64,000 nt of DNA from Gemmatimonadota bacterium (GCA_025357945.1 JANYLJ010000019.1:8668-72667), one strand, 5' to 3'; numbered from the stretch's first letter, positions 39,112-49,877 are shown. Numbers and translations are program-made. Notes: a model not told the origin generated them from the letters alone.

Positions 39112-39495
39112 CTACCTGGCCGTCGGATCGTCCTGCATCACACCGAAGCGGTTTCCCTCGGTGTCCTTGGCAAACGCCAACCAGCCCATCGCCGGAATGG
39201 CGTGCTTCGGCAGGGCGATCGTACCACCATTCGCGGTGATCGCGGCGACGGTCGCGTCACACGATGCGACCTTCATTGTGGTCGGGTAGGAGTTCACCGG
39301 CTGATCGTCGGCAGGAGCCGGCCCGCGACGGGGCACCATGCCGCCGTTAATCCCGGGTCCCTCACCCGTGTTGACCAGCCAGTACGGCATCGGGCCGTCC
39401 CACTTCTGGAACTGCCAACCAAACACCGTGGTGTAGAACTTGATCGCGCGCTCCGGGTCGCCGGCGTGGATCTCAAAGTGCGTTGGGCGATTCAT
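39112..39495 (-). CDS. VOC/glyoxalase family protein
   Basis: HFEI...DPERA..FY..VFGW, GINGG, DTEGN.FG. Confidence 0.92.
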   Translation of the reverse strand: MNRPTHFEIHAGDPERAIKFYTTVFGWQFQKWDGPMPYWLVNTGEGPGINGGMVPRRGPAPADDQPVNSYPTTMKVASCDATVAAITANGGTIALPKHAIPAMGWLAFAKDTEGNRFGVMQDDPTAR

Positions 39496-39685
39496 CGTTG
39501 CGACTCCAGAAGAAGCGTTGATCAACGGTCCCGCGTGGTGGGCCAGTTCGACTACAGCCGGCGCCGACGTTGCGCCGGGCAGTCAAGCTGGCCTGCCGCC
39601 CGAGGTCGAAAGATATTCCGGTGGACCTTTCTCCTGGGACGCGCGACCGGCCATCTTTCGACCGTCCTTTTCAGTTGACCTGCCC

Positions 39686-41722
39686 ATGCGTGTTCTGATC
39701 CAGCTCGCCGCGGTTCTTGCCATCGCCCCGGCATTGACTGCCCAGGCTCCCCTCGGCCACACCATGATGCCGGTGCCGGCGTCCGTCGCGCTCACGCCCG
39801 GGCGACTGCGACTGGACAGCAGCATCACCGTCGCCTTGGTGAATTACCGCGATCCGCGACTCGAGCGCGCCATCACCCGCGCGGTCACCCGCCTCGAGCT
39901 GCGGCTCGGCGTCCCGCTCCCGCGCCAGTACGGCAGCGATCGCAACGCCTCTCTCGTCATCGACGTCGCCGGCCAGGGGTTTGCCACGCCCGACCTGGCA
40001 GAAGACGAGTCGTACGAATTGAACGTTACGGCCAATCAGGCGACACTGGTAGCGGCGACGGTGGTCGGAGCAGTTCGCGGGCTCGAGACGTTGCTGCAGC
40101 TGCAGGACGCTGACTCGCACGGGTGGTACCTCCAGGGCGCCGAGATCCGCGACACGCCACGCTTTCGCTGGCGCGGTTTGCTGCTCGACGTATCGCGTCA
40201 CTTCGAGGACACCGACGTCATCAAGCACCTCCTCGACGGTATGGCGATGGTCAAGCTCAACGTGTTTCACTGGCACCTGTCCGACGACCAGGGGTTCCGC
40301 GTTGAGAGTCGCATTTACCCGCGGCTGCAGCAGTTTGGTTCCGATTCGATGTACTACACGCAGGATCAGCTTCGTGAGATCGTGACGTACGCCGCGGATC
40401 GCGGCATTCGCGTCGTGCCGGAGTTCGACGTTCCCGGGCACTCGAGCGCCTGGTTCGTGGGCTATCCGCACCTCGCCGCGGGCGCCGGGCCGTTCGCCAT
40501 CGCGCGCACATGGGGAACCTTCGAACCGACCATGGATCCCACGCGCGAGTCGACGTACCAGTTTCTCGACGCGTTCATCGGCGAGATCTCCACGCTCTTT
40601 CCCGACCAGTACTGGCACGTCGGCGGCGACGAGGTGGACCCGAAGCAGTGGCGGGAAAGTGCCACGATTCAAGCGTACATGAGGGACCACGGCATCGCCA
40701 ACGAAGTGGCGCTGCACACCGCGTTCAACAGGAGGCTCGTCGCGATCGTGCAGCAGCACGGCAGGATTCCGGTGGGCTGGGACGAAATCTTCCAGCCGGA
40801 CCTGCCGACGTCGGCGGTGATCCAATCCTGGCGCAGTTCCACCGCGCTGGCCGCCTCGGCCAAGGCCGGCTTCCGCGGCATCCTGTCGGCGCCGTATTAC
40901 ATCGACCACATGAAGCCGGCGTCTGACTTCTACCTGCCGGACCCGATTCCCGCGAACACCGACCTGACCCCGGAGCAGCAAGCGCTGGTCCTCGGCGGCG
41001 AAGCCTGCATGTGGGGCGAGTATGTCGTCACCGAAACGCTCGCCTCGCGCATTTGGCCACGTCTGGCCACAATCGCCGAGCGTTTCTGGTCACCTGGCAG
41101 CGTGGTCGACATCGCCGACATGTATCGCCGCCTCGACGTCACATCGCGGCGCCTCAGTGAGGTCGGTCTGCGCCACGAAGAACACGTCGTGCGCGCCGTG
41201 CGGCATCTGGGCGGCGATTCGACCGCCCTCTTCGAATCGCTGCTCGACTACATCCGCCCGCAGGACTTCGGCGGCAGTGGGCGCACTCAACCGGTACCGC
41301 ACACGCGCCTGATCGACGCTGCGGTCGCCGATCCTCGCGCGACCTGGAACATGTCCGATCGGGCGCGTCGTGCGGCCGCAGGAGATGCCGCAGCCGCCGC
41401 CTCACTCCGGAACGATTTCACCCGGATGGCTGGCCTTCAGGCTCGGCTCGCCGCGATTCAGAATGAACTCCCGGCGGCAGGTGACGCCGCCGCCGTGGCT
41501 GGCGCATTGCGCCAACTCGGACAGATCGGCGGTCAGGCCCTCGACTTCATTGCCCGGAAGCAACCGCCGAGCGCGGCGTGGCAGGCGAGCACCGACTCGA
41601 CGCTCGCCGAAGTGCGTCGACGCAGCGGTCGCGACGGCTACGGTGGCCTGCGTCCGGTGCCGTTCGACGCGGTAGGGGTATTGGTAGACGCTGCGAAGGG
41701 CCTTCCGTCACCGCGCCACTGA
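39686..41722 (+). CDS. GH20 beta-N-acetylhexosaminidase, secreted
   Basis: PRF.WRGLLLDVSRHF, HWHLSDDQG, PEFDVPGH, HVGGDE, GGEACMWGE. Confidence 0.95.
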   Translation: MRVLIQLAAVLAIAPALTAQAPLGHTMMPVPASVALTPGRLRLDSSITVALVNYRDPRLERAITRAVTRLELRLGVPLPRQYGSDRNASLVIDVAGQGFATPDLAEDESYELNVTANQATLVAATVVGAVRGLETLLQLQDADSHGWYLQGAEIRDTPRFRWRGLLLDVSRHFEDTDVIKHLLDGMAMVKLNVFHWHLSDDQGFRVESRIYPRLQQFGSDSMYYTQDQLREIVTYAADRGIRVVPEFDVPGHSSAWFVGYPHLAAGAGPFAIARTWGTFEPTMDPTRESTYQFLDAFIGEISTLFPDQYWHVGGDEVDPKQWRESATIQAYMRDHGIANEVALHTAFNRRLVAIVQQHGRIPVGWDEIFQPDLPTSAVIQSWRSSTALAASAKAGFRGILSAPYYIDHMKPASDFYLPDPIPANTDLTPEQQALVLGGEACMWGEYVVTETLASRIWPRLATIAERFWSPGSVVDIADMYRRLDVTSRRLSEVGLRHEEHVVRAVRHLGGDSTALFESLLDYIRPQDFGGSGRTQPVPHTRLIDAAVADPRATWNMSDRARRAAAGDAAAAASLRNDFTRMAGLQARLAAIQNELPAAGDAAAVAGALRQLGQIGGQALDFIARKQPPSAAWQASTDSTLAEVRRRSGRDGYGGLRPVPFDAVGVLVDAAKGLPSPRH

Positions 41723-41777
41723 CCCTAACCTTCGGCATCCCATCACGTTGGTTTCTTTGTCGATCCGAGGTCCTGCC

Positions 41778-42497
41778 ATGATTCGACGCGCGTTCGCGCC
41801 ACTCGCCGCGGCCACCTTCGCGGTGTTGATTGGCGCGTGCGGTGGCAATACGCAGCGCACCCGCGACACCGGGGCGATCGGCCGTGACAGCACTCGCGGT
41901 GGCTGGATGCCCCTGTTCGACGGTCGCACGCTCGCCGGATGGCACACCTACAAGCAGGCCAACGGCGTGACGTCGGGTTGGACCGTTGACGCCGGGGCGG
42001 TGCGTACCGACGGCAGCGCGCACGACCTGGTGAGCGACCAGCAATACAGCTCGTTCGAGCTGGAGTTGGAATGGAAGGTCGCGCCGGGCGCGAACAGCGG
42101 CATCTTCTACTGGGCCAATGAGGGCACCGCCGAGATCTACGAGAACGCACCGGAGATGCAGTTGCTCGACAACACTGGCCATCCCGACGGCAAGTCGCCG
42201 CTCACCGCTGCCGGCTCGCTGTACGCCCTCTATCCATCGCCGATCGAGCTGGTCAAGCCGGTCGGCGAGTGGAACCAGGTACGCATCGTTGCACACGGCG
42301 GCAAGGTGCAGCAGTGGCTGAACGGGGTGAAGGTGGTGGACGTCAACTTTGATTCCAGGGCGTTCAAGGCCAACGTGGCCGCCAGCAAGTTCAAGCAGTG
42401 GCTCACCTTCGGGAAGTCGCGCCGCGGCCACCTCGGCCTGCAATCTCATGGCGGCAGGGTCTGGTTCCGCGCTATCCGTATCAAGGATTTCTCATGA
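41778..42497 (+). CDS. DUF1080 (3-keto-glycoside hydratase-type) lipoprotein
   Basis: Lipobox LIGAC; LFDG.TL.GW, NSGIFY, EMQLLD, GEWN, LQ.HG..VWFR.I.I. Confidence 0.92.
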   Translation: MIRRAFAPLAAATFAVLIGACGGNTQRTRDTGAIGRDSTRGGWMPLFDGRTLAGWHTYKQANGVTSGWTVDAGAVRTDGSAHDLVSDQQYSSFELELEWKVAPGANSGIFYWANEGTAEIYENAPEMQLLDNTGHPDGKSPLTAAGSLYALYPSPIELVKPVGEWNQVRIVAHGGKVQQWLNGVKVVDVNFDSRAFKANVAASKFKQWLTFGKSRRGHLGLQSHGGRVWFRAIRIKDFS

Positions 42498-43693
42498 GCC
42501 CGCGCCTTCGACTGCAGTTGATGATGTTCCTCCAGTACTTCATCTGGGGGAGCTGGTTCGTTACCATGGCGACATACCTCCTGCGCACACGGCAGTTCAC
42601 GGGCCAGCAGGTCGGCTATGCCTACATGGCAACGGCAATCGCGGCCCTGGTGAGCCCGTTCTTCGTCGGCATGGTTGCCGACAGGTTCTTCGCTTCGGAA
42701 CGCATGTTGGCGCTGCTGCACCTGATCGGCGCAGGCCTCATGCTACTGCTGTCGATGCAAACCACGTTCAGTTCGTTCTATCCGCTGTTGATCCTCTACG
42801 CGCTCTGCTACATGCCAACGTTGTCGCTCACCAACTCGATCGCCTTTCATCACGTCGCCGACCCGACCCGCGATTTTCCGATGATCCGCGTGCTGGGAAC
42901 CTTTGGCTGGATCGTCGCCGGCGTCGTTGTGGGATTGGTACTCCGTGCGGAGGCGCTTGCGACGCCGATGCAGTTGGCCGCCGGGGCGTCCCTGTTGATG
43001 GCGGGCTTCTCGCTCACGCTGCCACATACTCCGCCCAGGGCTGCCGGCACGCCGTTCACCGTGCGCGACGCCCTCGGCCTCGACGCGCTGGGACTGCTCA
43101 AGGACCGCTCGTTCCTGATGTTCTGCGTCGGCTCCTTCCTGCTCTGCATCCCGCTGCAGTTCTACTACAGCTTCGCCAATCCGTTCCTCACCGAGATCGG
43201 CGTGCAGCACCCAGCGTTCATCCAGAGCTTCGGGCAGATGTCGGAATTGCTGTTCATGCTGGCGCTGCCGCTTTTGCTGCGACGACTCGGTATCAAAGGG
43301 ATCATGCTGGTGGGCATGGGCGCGTGGTCGCTGCGGTACTTTGCGTTCGCGCATGGCAATGCCGGTTCGTACTACTGGATGATCCTCCTCGGCATCGTAC
43401 TGCACGGCATCTGCTATGACTTCTTCTTCGTCGCCGGGCAGATCTACACCGACGAACGGGCAGGTGTTCGCATTCGCGGCGCCGCCCAGGGATTCCTGAA
43501 CTTCCTCACCAACGGCGTCGGGTACTTCATTGGGGCGTTCGTTTCGGGACGCGTGGTGGACGCCTACCTCGTCGGCCAGAACCAGCACAACTGGCACGCG
43601 ATCTGGATGGTGCCGGCCATCGGGGCGGCTGCGATCCTGGTGGTCTTTGCGGTGGCGTTCCGGCCCAAAACGGTCTCGGCCGCTAGCACATGA
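42494..43693 (+). CDS. MFS nucleoside:H+ symporter family permease
   Basis: [40 protein letters not shown]. Confidence 0.92.
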   Translation: MSPRLRLQLMMFLQYFIWGSWFVTMATYLLRTRQFTGQQVGYAYMATAIAALVSPFFVGMVADRFFASERMLALLHLIGAGLMLLLSMQTTFSSFYPLLILYALCYMPTLSLTNSIAFHHVADPTRDFPMIRVLGTFGWIVAGVVVGLVLRAEALATPMQLAAGASLLMAGFSLTLPHTPPRAAGTPFTVRDALGLDALGLLKDRSFLMFCVGSFLLCIPLQFYYSFANPFLTEIGVQHPAFIQSFGQMSELLFMLALPLLLRRLGIKGIMLVGMGAWSLRYFAFAHGNAGSYYWMILLGIVLHGICYDFFFVAGQIYTDERAGVRIRGAAQGFLNFLTNGVGYFIGAFVSGRVVDAYLVGQNQHNWHAIWMVPAIGAAAILVVFAVAFRPKTVSAAST

Positions 43694-43696
43694 TCG

Positions 43697-43820
43697 GGAA
43701 AGACGAGAAACGAGAGACGAGAAACGCGGCACAAGAGGGTTGCCTTGCCCGTGGCCTGGGCTGTCTCGTCTCTCGTCTCTCGTTTCTCGTCTCTCCTTCT
43801 TGCTCGTCTCTCGTCTCTCG
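43697..43820. repeat. Heptamer-built inverted repeat, copy C (longest)
   Basis: About 4x GAGA(G/A)AC on the left and about 6x TCGT(C/T)TC on the right, abutting the cutC TTG. Confidence 0.85.
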
Positions 43821-44549
43821 TTGTTGATCGAAGCCTGCGTCGACACCCTCACCTCTGCGCTCAACGCCCAGGGCGGCGGGGCCGATCGTGTCGAACTCTG
43901 CGACAACCTCGCCGATGCCGGCACAACACCGAGTCACGGCACCCTGCTGCTCGCCTTGGAACAACTCACCATCCCGGTCTTCCCGATTATCCGGCCGCGC
44001 GGTGGCGGATTCGTCTACGACGCCGCCGACGCCGCAGTCACCGTCGCGGACCTGAGGCACGCCCGTGACCTGGGCGCCCCTGGTGCGGTGATCGGCGCGC
44101 TGACCGCCGATGGTGACGTGGACGACCGCCTGGTCGGAGCGCTCCGCGATACGGCACCGGACCTGCAGCTCACCTTCCATCGCGCGTTCGACGCCTGCCG
44201 TGATCCTGTCGCGGCACTGGAAGCACTGATCAAGCTCGGAATCAATCGCGTGTTGACGTCCGGGCAGGCTGCAACCGCGTGGGAGGGGCGCGAGCCGATC
44301 GCCGCGCTAGTGCGTCAGGCGGCCGGCCGCATCACGATTCTTGCCGGCGGCGGGGTCAATGAAGAGAACGCGGCCGAACTCGTGCGCTTGACCGGCGTCA
44401 CCGAGTTGCACGTCCGCGGCGCCATGCTCCGGCGCGACGCGGGTCCCACCCATGACATTCCGTTTCGGAAGAGGCTACCGAAGGACGAGTTGACGCGTGG
44501 GGTGACGGATGTGCGGCGGATTGCAGCGATACGGGCGGCGGTGTCATAG
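43821..44549 (+). CDS. cutC: CutC family TIM-barrel protein
   Basis: IEACVD, GGADRVELC, GTTPS, IRPRGG.F.Y, TFHRAFD, RVLTSG. Confidence 0.93.
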   Translation: MLIEACVDTLTSALNAQGGGADRVELCDNLADAGTTPSHGTLLLALEQLTIPVFPIIRPRGGGFVYDAADAAVTVADLRHARDLGAPGAVIGALTADGDVDDRLVGALRDTAPDLQLTFHRAFDACRDPVAALEALIKLGINRVLTSGQAATAWEGREPIAALVRQAAGRITILAGGGVNEENAAELVRLTGVTELHVRGAMLRRDAGPTHDIPFRKRLPKDELTRGVTDVRRIAAIRAAVS

Positions 44550-45509
44550 GGCTCTCGCGAACGCACGAACAATCTCACCGGCTGGCTCGATACTGGTGAT
44601 CCCCGCCACGCTCTTCCCCGCCTGCCAGTATTCGTCACCCCCCTTGGGGTCGAGCGAGGCCAGTTTGAGGCTCCGGATCGAGCGCAGGGCGTACCACATC
44701 CGCAGCCAGCGCTTCCGGCGCCGGCCCCGGAACATCCAGCGGGCAAACGGCCCGGCGTGGAGACCCATCCGCACGACCTTCGGCGTCCGGATCACGGCCA
44801 CCGGAACGCCGGTGATCCGCTCGGAGAGCACGATATCCTCCTCGTCCGCAGCGAGGATCGCGCGCTTGTAGTGCTCGCTGACGAGGCACTCACTCGTCGC
44901 GATGAACCGGGTGCCGCACTGAACCCCCACATAGCCGAGGTCGAGCATCGCCCGGAACTCCTCGGCAGTCCCAACCCCGCCCGCCGCCACGACCGGCAGG
45001 CCGAACGGGGACAGTTCGGCAAGGAGGGCGGCGGCATCCCGAGGCCCGGCGTGCCCTCCAGCCCGGCGATTCACTGCGATGAACCCCTTCGCCCCGGCGG
45101 CGGCCCCTTTCTCGGCCCACTTCCGTTCAGTGACGTCGTGGTAGACGATGCCGCCAACCGGCTCCACCATTCGCACCACCCACCCGGGGTTGCCGAGCGA
45201 CGTGACGAAGAATCGCACCCCCTCCTCGAGCGCAACGGCGATCCACTGCTCCATTCGCCGGCGGTAGATGCTCGAGGAATCCTCGATCAGCGCGTTCATC
45301 CCGAACGGCTTGGCGGTGACTGACTTGATCAGTCGCAGGCCGGCGCGAAACTCATGCCCGTGCACGTACGTGAGGGCGATCGGCTGGACGATGCCGATCG
45401 CGCCCGCCTCGCTCACGGCGGCGACCAGTTCAGGATTGGAGCAGGGATACATCGCACCGCAGATCAGCGGCACACGAATCCCGGCATCGCGGGTGAGTGG
45501 TGTTTCCAT
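44544..45509 (-). CDS. Nitronate monooxygenase / FabK-like flavoprotein
   Basis: P.LVAAVSEAG, AGGH, PVVAAGGVG, GTRFIAT.E. Confidence 0.9.
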   Translation of the reverse strand: METPLTRDAGIRVPLICGAMYPCSNPELVAAVSEAGAIGIVQPIALTYVHGHEFRAGLRLIKSVTAKPFGMNALIEDSSSIYRRRMEQWIAVALEEGVRFFVTSLGNPGWVVRMVEPVGGIVYHDVTERKWAEKGAAAGAKGFIAVNRRAGGHAGPRDAAALLAELSPFGLPVVAAGGVGTAEEFRAMLDLGYVGVQCGTRFIATSECLVSEHYKRAILAADEEDIVLSERITGVPVAVIRTPKVVRMGLHAGPFARWMFRGRRRKRWLRMWYALRSIRSLKLASLDPKGGDEYWQAGKSVAGITSIEPAGEIVRAFARAL

Positions 45510-45979
45510 CAGGTGGGCGGCGCCAGGCGCCAGGTGGCCGTGGCGACCGCGACGATGTCGCCGACGGCATCAGTAATGTTCGCAGCGACCTTTACCTCAA
45601 CCGGCTCGGTGACCACCGGTGGCGCGCAGCGGCACTCGGCCAGCAGCAGGCCACGCGCTTTCTTGCGGTATTCCAGCTGCAGACTGACCAGGATGCTGCG
45701 GGCACCGGCGGCGGCAGTGAGCACCGCCAGGCCGGTGGCGACCTCGCCCAGGTTGGCGAGCGCAATGGCGTGGATGGAATCGAGGTGGTTGCGCACGGCG
45801 CGACGGTCACGCAGCGACACGCGCGCGTGTCCCGGTTCGAGTGTCTCGATTCGCGCGCCGATGGAGCCGGTATACGGCACGCTGCGACCGAGCATCCTGG
45901 CGAAGAGCCACTTGCCGCCCGGCACCGGCTCCAGCCGGCGCCAGAGCCGCAGCAGCCGTGCCGCTGCCGGCTCAGGCAC
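45509..45979 (-). CDS. Hotdog-fold thioesterase-like protein (DUF4442/PaaI)
   Basis: PY..SI, NHL.SIHAIAL.NL.E, EY.KKA.G. Confidence 0.85.
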   Translation of the reverse strand: MPEPAAARLLRLWRRLEPVPGGKWLFARMLGRSVPYTGSIGARIETLEPGHARVSLRDRRAVRNHLDSIHAIALANLGEVATGLAVLTAAAGARSILVSLQLEYRKKARGLLLAECRCAPPVVTEPVEVKVAANITDAVGDIVAVATATWRLAPPT

Positions 45980-46352
45980 GGTCAGGAGGAGCCGCCGCCT
46001 CTTCCGCAATCACTGCCGTGCCATAACAGAGCACTTCCGCCACGCCGGACATGATTTCGGTCGCATCGTAGCGAACGCCGATTACCGCGTTGGCACCGAC
46101 CGCCTGCGCGTGGCCAAGCATGATGTCAAAGGCGTTCTCGCGCGCCGTTTCGCACATCGACGTGTACAGCGTGATGTTGCCGCCGAACATCATCTGGATG
46201 CCGGCGCCGATGTTTCCGAACACCGAACGTGATCGCACGACGATGCCGCGCACGAGCCCGAGCGACTGCACGATGGTGCACCCGGGAAGCTCGAACGCCG
46301 TCGTGGTGAGTTCGTGCGGGATCGTCTGACCCCGGTGCATCACGGTTGCCAT
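45972..46352 (-). CDS. YbjQ/UPF0145 family protein
   Basis: [24 protein letters not shown]. Confidence 0.92.
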   Translation of the reverse strand: MATVMHRGQTIPHELTTTAFELPGCTIVQSLGLVRGIVVRSRSVFGNIGAGIQMMFGGNITLYTSMCETARENAFDIMLGHAQAVGANAVIGVRYDATEIMSGVAEVLCYGTAVIAEEAAAPPDRA

Positions 46353-47584
46353 GTGCCCCTCGCAACCGCCGGGAGAAACACATCAAGCCCGCGCGGCGGA
46401 AACGCGAGCGTCTTGCCCTGTTCAGCGCTCATGTAGGCCGCCATCAGCAACTGCATCACCTCGACGCCGTCCTGCCACGTCAACAACGGCGCCTCCCGGC
46501 CGAGAAACGCCCGGACAAAATGTCGATCCTCGGCCACGTAGCCGTAGGTCGCCGCCTCATCAGGCACCACCGGCATCAGCCCAATCTCGGCGTTCTGTTT
46601 CTCCACCAGGTCCTCGCCGGCCGCCCCTTGCACTACGCGCGAGAAGAAGCAGCTCAGTTCGGAATTGAGCGTGTTCCAGTTCATCGAGTACTCGGGGCCG
46701 AGCAACTCGCCGGACAGTCGCAGGCCCGGGCCCACGAAGCTCCACGACGTGGTCGCTTCGCCGATTGCCGTGAGCCCTTCGGGTGTTTCGTACCTGACGG
46801 TGACCGAGGCGAAATCCTCTGACGGCCGCTTGGCGTAGTCCACGTTCTTGCCGAATCGCGCCTTGAGCTGCTTGACGTACGCTGGCCGACTCCACTTGAG
46901 TGACGCGATCCGCCCATCGACCGATACCGGCCGCAACGTCGATCGCGCCGCTCCCGGCTCGGTGAGCAGGAAGCGCACGACTTCAATCGAGTGACACATC
47001 ATGTCGCTCAGCACACCACCCCCCTGCTTCTCGCCCTGCCAGAACCAGGCGTTGTGCGGGCCGGAGTGCTCTTCGGCTGCGCGAGCGAGATACGGGCGTC
47101 CCGTGGTGCGGGCACCGCGCGCCCAGATCAGCTCGCGGCCACGGACCACGCCTGGCGAAAAGAGCTGGTTCTCGAGATAGCCGTGGGCGATCCTGGCCCG
47201 CTGCACCAGCTTGAGCACCTGCTTCGCCTCGGCGACGCCGCGTGCCAGCGGCTTCTCGCAGGCAATGCCGCGCAGTTCACCCTTGCCGCGTGTGACGGCG
47301 TCGCAGATCTCCTCGACGTTCTCGATCCGCGCCTGATTCGGTCCGCAGAGCCAGATGGCGTGAATGTCCGGATCGGCCACCATCTCGGTAATCGACCGGT
47401 ACGGCTTGGCGTCACCGACGCCGAGATCGCGGGCGAGCCTGGCCGCGCTCGCGGCGTTCCTGGCGTTCGGGCTCCACACGCCGCGCACGTCGCCGTCGCG
47501 GACGCCCTGCCAGCCCTGGATGTGAAAGCGGGTATTGAAGCCGGAGCCAATGAAGCCGACGCCCAATCGCGCGGGTACCGTCAT
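46340..47584 (-). CDS. Gfo/Idh/MocA NAD(P)-dependent oxidoreductase
   Basis: GFIGSG, ACEKPL, GGGVL.DM.CH. Confidence 0.92.
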   Translation of the reverse strand: MTVPARLGVGFIGSGFNTRFHIQGWQGVRDGDVRGVWSPNARNAASAARLARDLGVGDAKPYRSITEMVADPDIHAIWLCGPNQARIENVEEICDAVTRGKGELRGIACEKPLARGVAEAKQVLKLVQRARIAHGYLENQLFSPGVVRGRELIWARGARTTGRPYLARAAEEHSGPHNAWFWQGEKQGGGVLSDMMCHSIEVVRFLLTEPGAARSTLRPVSVDGRIASLKWSRPAYVKQLKARFGKNVDYAKRPSEDFASVTVRYETPEGLTAIGEATTSWSFVGPGLRLSGELLGPEYSMNWNTLNSELSCFFSRVVQGAAGEDLVEKQNAEIGLMPVVPDEAATYGYVAEDRHFVRAFLGREAPLLTWQDGVEVMQLLMAAYMSAEQGKTLAFPPRGLDVFLPAVARGTWQP

Positions 47585-48186
47585 CCCGTCACCCCCAACC
47601 TCCGGTAATTCTCCGCCGGACACCCGGTCCATTCCGGCAGCACGGTGTTCCCCTGGTATCCCAGATCGTGCACACCCAACTCCGACGTGAAGAACCCGGT
47701 CGCGGTGAAATCGCGAAACGAGTTGAACCACGACGCGCCGGCCGCCATTTCCGGCCGGGCCCGACGCGGAAACGCGATGTCGTCGAGCAGCTGGCGACGC
47801 TGGGCGTCGGCGCAATCGATGAAATCCCGGCCAAACCGCAGGTGGCACTGATGGTCGATCCACGCCAGGCCGCCGCGGTTCGCGGTACGCATGCTGGCTT
47901 CGAGATCGAGCATCGTGTCCATGAATTCCGGCACCGCAGCGTCCGTCGCCGAGCCGCTCCTGGCGTCCTTCGGAATCACATAATCCACCAGCGACTGCAC
48001 CGTCGCCCACTCGTGCGCCGAGTACACCTTGGGCGTGTACGCGGCACCGGCGGCGGCCGCGAGACGACGGGCGTGCGTGGCAATCCGGCCGGCCTCTGTC
48101 GCCTGCGCGGGACGGGGGATCAGGAAGGCGCCGGCCGTCGCCGCCAGGGCGCCGACCACCTCGCGCCGGGTGAAGTCGCTGCTCAT
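47581..48186 (-). CDS. Gluconate 2-dehydrogenase subunit 3-like Tat hitchhiker protein
   Basis: TRREVV Tat signal; IPKD.RSGSA.DA.VP.F.D, GFFTS..G..DLGY.GN. Confidence 0.9.
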   Translation of the reverse strand: MSSDFTRREVVGALAATAGAFLIPRPAQATEAGRIATHARRLAAAAGAAYTPKVYSAHEWATVQSLVDYVIPKDARSGSATDAAVPEFMDTMLDLEASMRTANRGGLAWIDHQCHLRFGRDFIDCADAQRRQLLDDIAFPRRARPEMAAGASWFNSFRDFTATGFFTSELGVHDLGYQGNTVLPEWTGCPAENYRRLGVTG

Positions 48187-49877
48187 AGCTTTCCCTCCTT
48201 CCGCTGCGCCGCGATGTAACGCGACGTCCGCATCGACAGCGCCAGAATGGTCCAGGTGGGATTCTTGTCCGCCTGCGTGGTGAATGGTCCGCCGTCGGCA
48301 ACGAAGAGATTCTTGCAATCCCACGCCTGGCAGTTGGCATTCAAGGCGCTGGTGGTGCTCGAGCTCCCCATCCGCACGCCGCCGACCTCGTGAATGATCG
48401 AGCCACCGGTAGCGATGCCGTAGTTCTGTTCGCGTGTCGGCATGCTCGACGAGACCACGGCACCCATCTCCTGCAGCAAGGTCCGGAAGGTCTCCTGCAT
48501 ATGCTTGACTTGCAGCAGTTCGTGATCGCTCCACTTCCAGTGGAAGCGCAACACGGGGATGCCCCACTGGTCCACCGTTCGCGGATCGAGTTCGCAGTAG
48601 GAGTCTTCGTTCGGAATCATCTCGCCGCGGCCGGAGAATCCAACTGATGCGCCCCAGTACCGGCGGTAGTCGTTCTTCAGTGATGCGCCGTAACCGCCGC
48701 CGGGGGGATAGCCCTGGATCCCACCCATGAAACCGTAGCCGGGCATCCCCATGCCACCCCAGATTTCGATGTGGTAGCCGCGCGGAAAGTCGAGCTTCTT
48801 GTTGTCGAGCCACCACGGCATGTACAGGTGTGCGCCGCCCACCCCGTCGCAATTGTGCCGCGGTTGGTCCACCAACGACGGGATGAACCCGCCCACGTCC
48901 GTGCCGGTGGTGTCGGTGATGTATTTGCCGACCACGCCGCTCGAATTGGCGAGCCCATTGGGAAACTTCGCCGACTTGGAGTTGAGCAGGATCCGCGCGG
49001 ATTCGCAGGCGCTCGCCGCCAGCACCACGATCCTGGCGTCGACCCGTTTCTCGGTGCGCGACACCTTGTCAATGTAGACCACACCGTTCGCCAGGCCATC
49101 GGCGCCGACCGTCACCTCGCGCACCATGGCGTCGGTGCGAAGCGCCAGCTTGCCGGTTCGCATCGCCGGCTGCAGCAATACGTTGGTCGAGGAAAAATTT
49201 GCGTTCACCTTGCATCCGCGATTGCACTGGCCGCAGTAATGACAGGCAGGCCGGTCGTTGAGCGGTTTGGTCAGGATCGAAAGTCGCGACGGAATGCAGG
49301 TAACGGCGTGCTTGTCCGCGGCCTTCTTCACCAGCATCTCCCAGCAACGCGGCCGCGGAGGTGGCTGGAAGACGCCGTCGGGGTGATTGCGAAGCCCTTC
49401 ATGGCTCCCGAAGATCCCCACCAGGCGATCCAGATCGTCGTAGTACGGCGCCATCTCGTCGTACGAGATCGGCCAGTCGTCGCCGAGTCCGTCCGCCGTC
49501 TTGTGCTTGAAGTCGTCGGGGCCGAATCGCAGCGAGATGCGCCCCCAATGATTCGTGCGCCCGCCCACCATCCGTGCGCGCCACCACTGAAACTGGGTGC
49601 CGGGTGCCGTCGTAAACGGCTCGCCCGGGACGGTCCAGCCACCGAGGCAGGCGTCGTGTTCGCCGAACGGCCGCTCCGCCGTGCTGCGCCCGCGGCGCGG
49701 CGTGTCCCAGGGCTGGACAAACATGTCCGAATCCGTGGTGTTATCCCACATCCCGCCGGCTTCGAGCAGGATTACCTTGGCACCGGCCCTGGTGAGCTCG
49801 TGGGCGGCCATGCCGCCACCCGCTCCTGAGCCGACGATGCAGACGTCGTAGACATCCTGTCGCGTTCGGATTGGCAT
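48183..49877 (-). CDS. GMC family FAD oxidoreductase (glycoside 3-dehydrogenase-like)
   Basis: GSGAGGG, GGRTNHWGR, C.YCG.C..GC, HEVGG.RMG, NPT.TI.AL. Confidence 0.93.
   Translation of the reverse strand: MPIRTRQDVYDVCIVGSGAGGGMAAHELTRAGAKVILLEAGGMWDNTTDSDMFVQPWDTPRRGRSTAERPFGEHDACLGGWTVPGEPFTTAPGTQFQWWRARMVGGRTNHWGRISLRFGPDDFKHKTADGLGDDWPISYDEMAPYYDDLDRLVGIFGSHEGLRNHPDGVFQPPPRPRCWEMLVKKAADKHAVTCIPSRLSILTKPLNDRPACHYCGQCNRGCKVNANFSSTNVLLQPAMRTGKLALRTDAMVREVTVGADGLANGVVYIDKVSRTEKRVDARIVVLAASACESARILLNSKSAKFPNGLANSSGVVGKYITDTTGTDVGGFIPSLVDQPRHNCDGVGGAHLYMPWWLDNKKLDFPRGYHIEIWGGMGMPGYGFMGGIQGYPPGGGYGASLKNDYRRYWGASVGFSGRGEMIPNEDSYCELDPRTVDQWGIPVLRFHWKWSDHELLQVKHMQETFRTLLQEMGAVVSSSMPTREQNYGIATGGSIIHEVGGVRMGSSSTTSALNANCQAWDCKNLFVADGGPFTTQADKNPTWTILALSMRTSRYIAAQRKEGKL

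Noticed and set aside
12995-43820. Heptamer hairpins with ~36-nt loops as a CRISPR array
   Set aside because: Repeats are inverted, low-complexity and dispersed rather than tandem direct repeats; no cas genes seen.
46340-48852. Apparent 666-aa and 423-aa ORFs suggesting fusions
   Set aside because: Upstream extensions in overlapping frames; the true starts are at ATGA overlaps (47584, 48186).
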